Below are positions 8,108-11,168 of a stretch of DNA of 11,168 nt, one piece after another (within the stretch, counting starts at the first letter, position 1; every line of letters begins with the position of its first letter). Origin of the DNA: Candidatus Fraserbacteria bacterium (GTDB lineage: Bacteria > Bipolaricaulota > Bipolaricaulia > RBG-16-55-9 > JANLFV01); NCBI GenBank assembly GCA_037446135.1, contig JBBIJD010000032.1:9383-20550 (forward strand), written 5' to 3'. The notes beneath the pieces were generated by a model. That model made no database searches. It saw only the letters and a list, made by a program, of their open reading frames with translations, and was not told the origin of the DNA. A program made the position numbers and the translations under genes.

Positions 8108-8569
8108 GACCGCTATAGCGTAAGCCGCGAGCCCCTCGCCCCGGCCTAGAGCCCCTAGCCCCTCCGGTCGGGTCGCCTTGATGTTGATCATCTCCTTATT
8201 TATCTCGAGGGCCGTGGCGAGTCGCTCGGCCATCTGGGGGATGTAGGGTGCCAGCTTGGGCTCTTGGGCGACGATAGTGGCATCGATGTTATTGATCCGA
8301 TATCTCTTGGCCTGGAGGAGCCCCCGGACCTCCTCGAGGAGGACGAGGCTGGAGATCCCCTCGAATTTGGGGTCACTCTCAGGGAAGTGCTGGCCGATAT
8401 CCCCCAGCCCGGCCGCACCGAGGAGGGCATCGCAGATCGCATGGCTCAGGACATCGGCATCGGAGTGGCCAGCCAGCCCCTTCTCGTAGGGGATCTCCGC
8501 CCCACCGAGGATCAACCTCCTCTTGGGGGCGAAGTGGTGGAAGTCGAGGCCGAAGCCGACTTTGATCAT
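8045..8569 (-). CDS. ispF: 2-C-methyl-D-erythritol 2,4-cyclodiphosphate synthase
   Basis: 174 aa. GFGLDFH (DxH), GHSDADVLSHAICDALLGAAGLGDIG, INIKAT and GRGEG motifs. The last ~20 codons overlap the rseP 3' end on the opposite strand. Confidence 0.96.
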   Translation of the reverse strand: MIKVGFGLDFHHFAPKRRLILGGAEIPYEKGLAGHSDADVLSHAICDALLGAAGLGDIGQHFPESDPKFEGISSLVLLEEVRGLLQAKRYRINNIDATIVAQEPKLAPYIPQMAERLATALEINKEMINIKATRPEGLGALGRGEGLAAYAIAVLVAPDKLEDVVISDEEHEAE

Positions 8570-8575
8570 CGAGGG

Positions 8576-8605
8576 ATTCTAACGCTTCCCTCCGGAGGGG
8601 GACAA
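8576..8605 (-). promoter_or_regulatory. Putative sigma70 promoter for a leaderless ispF mRNA
   Basis: On the minus strand TTGTCC (8605-8600), an 18 nt spacer, TAGAAT (8581-8576), 6 nt, then the ATG (8569). No SD. The spacer contains the palindrome CCCTCCGGAGGG (8588-8599). Confidence 0.6.
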
Positions 8606-8649
8606 CCGGGGGCGGCGCGGGGGACTTGATGGTGTAGCCTTTGATGCCT

Positions 8650-9645
8650 ATGGCCGACTACATCATGCTCGGGCTGGGGGCCTTCCTTCTTGCGCTATTC
8701 GGGACGGGGGCTTTCGTCCGGGCTGCCCGTCGCTTCGGCTTGGGGAAACACATCCGCGAATATGGGCCGGAGATCCATGCCAAGAAGGAGGGGACCCCCA
8801 CGCTGGGCGGGCTTGTGATCTTGATCACCTTCGCGACGATCTCCCTCCTAGCCTGGATATTTGCGGGGCCGGTATCTTTAAGGGGCTGGCTCCTCCTGGG
8901 GGCTATCCTCGGCTATGGCCTGATCGGCCTGGCCGACGACCTCCTCGGGCTGCTCAAGCGGCGCTCCCTTGGGCTCCTCATCCGGTATAAGCTGCTCCTC
9001 CAATTCCTCCTGGCCTTAGGGCTCTTCTTCGGCCTCAAAGCGGCCGGCCTGCCGGCGATGAAGGTCCCCTTCACTAAGCTCTGGCTCGAGCTCCCACTTT
9101 GGGCCGATGGGCTCCTTACAATCTTTGTCTTGGTCGGGACGACTAACGCAATGAACCTCACTGATGGGCTCGATGGGTTGGCCACGGGCGTGACCTTGAT
9201 CATGCTTCTTCCCTTCCTCTTTCTCCTCCAAGGCCAGCCCGAGCTCTGGGGGGCCACGGTCATCTTCGCCGGAGCGCTCCTCGGCTTCCTCTGGTCCAAT
9301 TGCTACCCTGCCCGAGTCTTCCTAGGGGATACAGGCTCCATGGCCCTCGGGGGCTTCCTCGGGATGCTCTCATTGCTCTCCGGGACGGCCTTGATCCTCC
9401 CTTTGCTCGGGGGAGTCCTCGTCGCCGAGGCCCTCTCGGTGATGCTGCAGGTGACGAGCTACAAGCTCTTCCGCGTCCGGATCTTCAAGGTGAGCCCGCT
9501 CCATCACCATTTCGAGCGGGCCAAGGGGATTGACTACCGCTTCTTGCTCCCGAACCGCGAGCTGGAGGAGCCGCAAATCACGGTCAGGTTCTGGATTGTC
9601 GCTGGGGCCGCGGCCCTCCTCGGCCTTTGGGCCTGGCTGGCTTGA
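8650..9645 (+). CDS. mraY: Phospho-N-acetylmuramoyl-pentapeptide transferase
   Basis: [38 protein letters not shown] and PLHHHFE motifs, with many hydrophobic segments. The start is uncertain (in-frame TTG 8641, ATG 8644, ATG 8650). Confidence 0.95.
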   Translation: MADYIMLGLGAFLLALFGTGAFVRAARRFGLGKHIREYGPEIHAKKEGTPTLGGLVILITFATISLLAWIFAGPVSLRGWLLLGAILGYGLIGLADDLLGLLKRRSLGLLIRYKLLLQFLLALGLFFGLKAAGLPAMKVPFTKLWLELPLWADGLLTIFVLVGTTNAMNLTDGLDGLATGVTLIMLLPFLFLLQGQPELWGATVIFAGALLGFLWSNCYPARVFLGDTGSMALGGFLGMLSLLSGTALILPLLGGVLVAEALSVMLQVTSYKLFRVRIFKVSPLHHHFERAKGIDYRFLLPNRELEEPQITVRFWIVAGAAALLGLWAWLA

Positions 9646-11047
9646 AACCCCGCTCGAAGGCATAGGCGGCCCGGAGGAGCCTTTCCTCCCCAAGATGAGG
9701 GGCGATGATCTGGAGCCCGAAGGGGAGGCCTCCGACCTCCCCAGCGGGGATCGAGATCGCCGGGAGGCCGGCCAGGCTGGCCGGGACGGTATAGATATCA
9801 GAGAGATACATCTCTAATGGGTCTTTGACCCTCTCCCCCAGCTTGAACGCCGGTGTCGGCGAGGTAGGAGTGATGATCAGCTCGACCTGCTCAAAGGCCC
9901 GGTCGAAGTCCTCCTTGATCAGCCTCCGGACCTTTTGGGCCTTCCCATACCACTCCTCGTAGTAGCCGGCCGAAAGGGCGTAGGTCCCGAGCATGATCCT
10001 CCGCTTCACCTCCGGGCCGAACCCGCGGTCCCGGCTCTCCGAATAAAGCTCTTCCAGCGTTTCATCGTTCGCCCTCAGCGTGTAGCGGGCCCCGTCGAAC
10101 CTGGCGAGGTTGGCCGAGGCCTCGGCGGAGGAGATCAAATAGTAAGTAGGGATAGCATACTCGGTGTGAGGGAGCGAGATCTCGATAAGCTCGGCCCCCA
10201 AGTCCCGGAAGACCCTTTTCCACTCTTTGACCCTCTCCTGGACCTCGACGGAGAGCCCTTCGCCGAGGTATTCCTGGGGGAGGCCGACCCTGAAACCCCG
10301 GATGCCCTCTCCCAGCCCTCGAGTGTAATCCACATTACCATTGTCGATCGTGGTCGAGTCCTGAGGGTCCCGGCCGGAGATGATCGAGAGGAGCAGTGCG
10401 GCATCTTGGACATCTTTAGTGATCGGCCCGATCTGATCGAAAGAGGAGGCGAAGGCTACCAGCCCATATCTCGAGACTAATCCGTAGGTCGGCTTCAGGC
10501 CGACGACCCCGCAGAGGGCCGCCGGTTGTCTGATCGAGCCGCCGGTATCGCTCCCCAAAGCCGCGAGGGCCATATGGGCCGCGACGGCCGCGGCCGAGCC
10601 GCCCGAAGAGCCACCAGGGACCCGCTCCAGGTCGTGCGGATTCCTCGTAGGGAAGAACGAGGAATTCTCGGTCGAGGAGCCCATAGCGAACTCGTCCAGA
10701 TTAGTCTTCCCCAGGATCGTGGCCCCTGCTGCCCTCAATCGCGTGATCACTGTGGCATCGTAGATCGGCTTGAAATCCCTCAAGAACTGCGAAGCGCAGG
10801 TCGTCCTAAAGCCGATCGTCGAGATATTATCTTTTATGGCAATCGGCAGGCCTCGGAGGGGCTTATCTCGCTGCCGCATGGCCTGAGCGAGCAGCTCCTC
10901 TCGGTCAGCAAGCTCGAGGTAGGCCCGGATCGAGCCCTCCTTCTCCTCGATCGCGGCGTAAAGATCATGGATGACCTCCTCCAGCGAGGCCTCCCCGCGC
11001 TCGATTAATCCGAGCAGCTCATGCAGCGGTCGCTCGTTGAGCCCCAT
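9584..11047 (-). CDS. gatA: Asp-tRNA(Asn)/Glu-tRNA(Gln) amidotransferase subunit A
   Basis: 487 aa. Amidase signature [31 protein letters not shown] and [12 protein letters not shown]. GatA-typical [29 protein letters not shown] and [18 protein letters not shown] (11060-11054) lies 6 nt before the ATG. Confidence 0.96.
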   Translation of the reverse strand: MGLNERPLHELLGLIERGEASLEEVIHDLYAAIEEKEGSIRAYLELADREELLAQAMRQRDKPLRGLPIAIKDNISTIGFRTTCASQFLRDFKPIYDATVITRLRAAGATILGKTNLDEFAMGSSTENSSFFPTRNPHDLERVPGGSSGGSAAAVAAHMALAALGSDTGGSIRQPAALCGVVGLKPTYGLVSRYGLVAFASSFDQIGPITKDVQDAALLLSIISGRDPQDSTTIDNGNVDYTRGLGEGIRGFRVGLPQEYLGEGLSVEVQERVKEWKRVFRDLGAELIEISLPHTEYAIPTYYLISSAEASANLARFDGARYTLRANDETLEELYSESRDRGFGPEVKRRIMLGTYALSAGYYEEWYGKAQKVRRLIKEDFDRAFEQVELIITPTSPTPAFKLGERVKDPLEMYLSDIYTVPASLAGLPAISIPAGEVGGLPFGLQIIAPHLGEERLLRAAYAFERGFKPARPKGRGGPRPQRQSRT

Positions 11048-11069
11048 GTCATGCTCCTCCCCGCGTAGG

Positions 11070-11098
11070 ATTGTTCAGGAACTCGGCGAGATTGTCAA
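11070..11098 (-). promoter_or_regulatory. Putative sigma70 promoter for gatA
   Basis: On the minus strand a perfect TTGACA (11098-11093), a 17 nt spacer, then an imperfect -10 AACAAT (11075-11070), just upstream of the gatA SD. Confidence 0.5.
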
Positions 11099-11103
11099 CC
11101 TAG

Positions 11104-11109
11104 TATAAT
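11104..11109 (+). promoter_or_regulatory. Putative -10 box of a divergent promoter firing out of the window
   Basis: Perfect TATAAT in an AT-richer intergenic patch. No convincing -35. The target gene is not visible. Confidence 0.4.
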
Positions 11110-11122
11110 CTTTGTGGGGTTG

Positions 11123-11150
11123 CGTAAGTGCACTTACGGCACGCCGTAAG
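11123..11150. repeat. Two interlocking inverted repeats built from three alternating CGTAAG/CTTACG units
   Basis: Perfect 16-bp palindrome CGTAAGTGCACTTACG (11123-11138) overlapping CTTACGGC-AC-GCCGTAAG (11133-11150). Confidence 0.7.
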
Positions 11151-11168
11151 CGTGCTTCCTGGCGGTCC

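Noticed and set aside
1..11168. Frequent GATC, CTCGAG and GAGCTC words
   Set aside because: Explained by preference for ATC, CTC and GAG codons. No spacing pattern or array structure was seen, and enrichment was not computed.
11123..11168. CRISPR repeat, tRNA or intrinsic terminator at the right edge
   Set aside because: No repeat-spacer periodicity, no cloverleaf and no U-tract are visible, and the region is truncated by the window.

Overview
GC-rich bacterial chromosomal window made mostly of housekeeping genes in unusually scrambled order: lptB (5' fragment) <- lptC-like <- pyrG | aldehyde:ferredoxin oxidoreductase (AOR family) -> <- reductive dehalogenase-like protein | tilS -> rseP -> <- ispF | mraY -> <- gatA. 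No mobile element, RNA gene or CRISPR array was seen. The standout is a two-gene redox pair between pyrG and tilS. One gene encodes a tungsto/molybdopterin AOR. The other encodes a cobalamin/2x[4Fe-4S] RdhA-type protein with no Tat signal and no adjacent rdhB, but with three N-terminal membrane helices that predict a cytoplasm-facing, self-anchored enzyme. Other oddities: the CTP synthase carries archaeal-type signature residues yet heads a bacterial lpt operon with no lptA or kds genes; sigma70 promoters predict leaderless or near-leaderless tilS and ispF mRNAs; all three convergent gene pairs abut or overlap with no terminator; MraY has a ~12 aa insertion after HHHFE; and interlocking CGTAAG/CTTACG palindromes sit at the right edge. 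The style suggests an anaerobic deep-branching bacterium such as Bipolaricaulota/Acetothermia, but that is an unverified guess.
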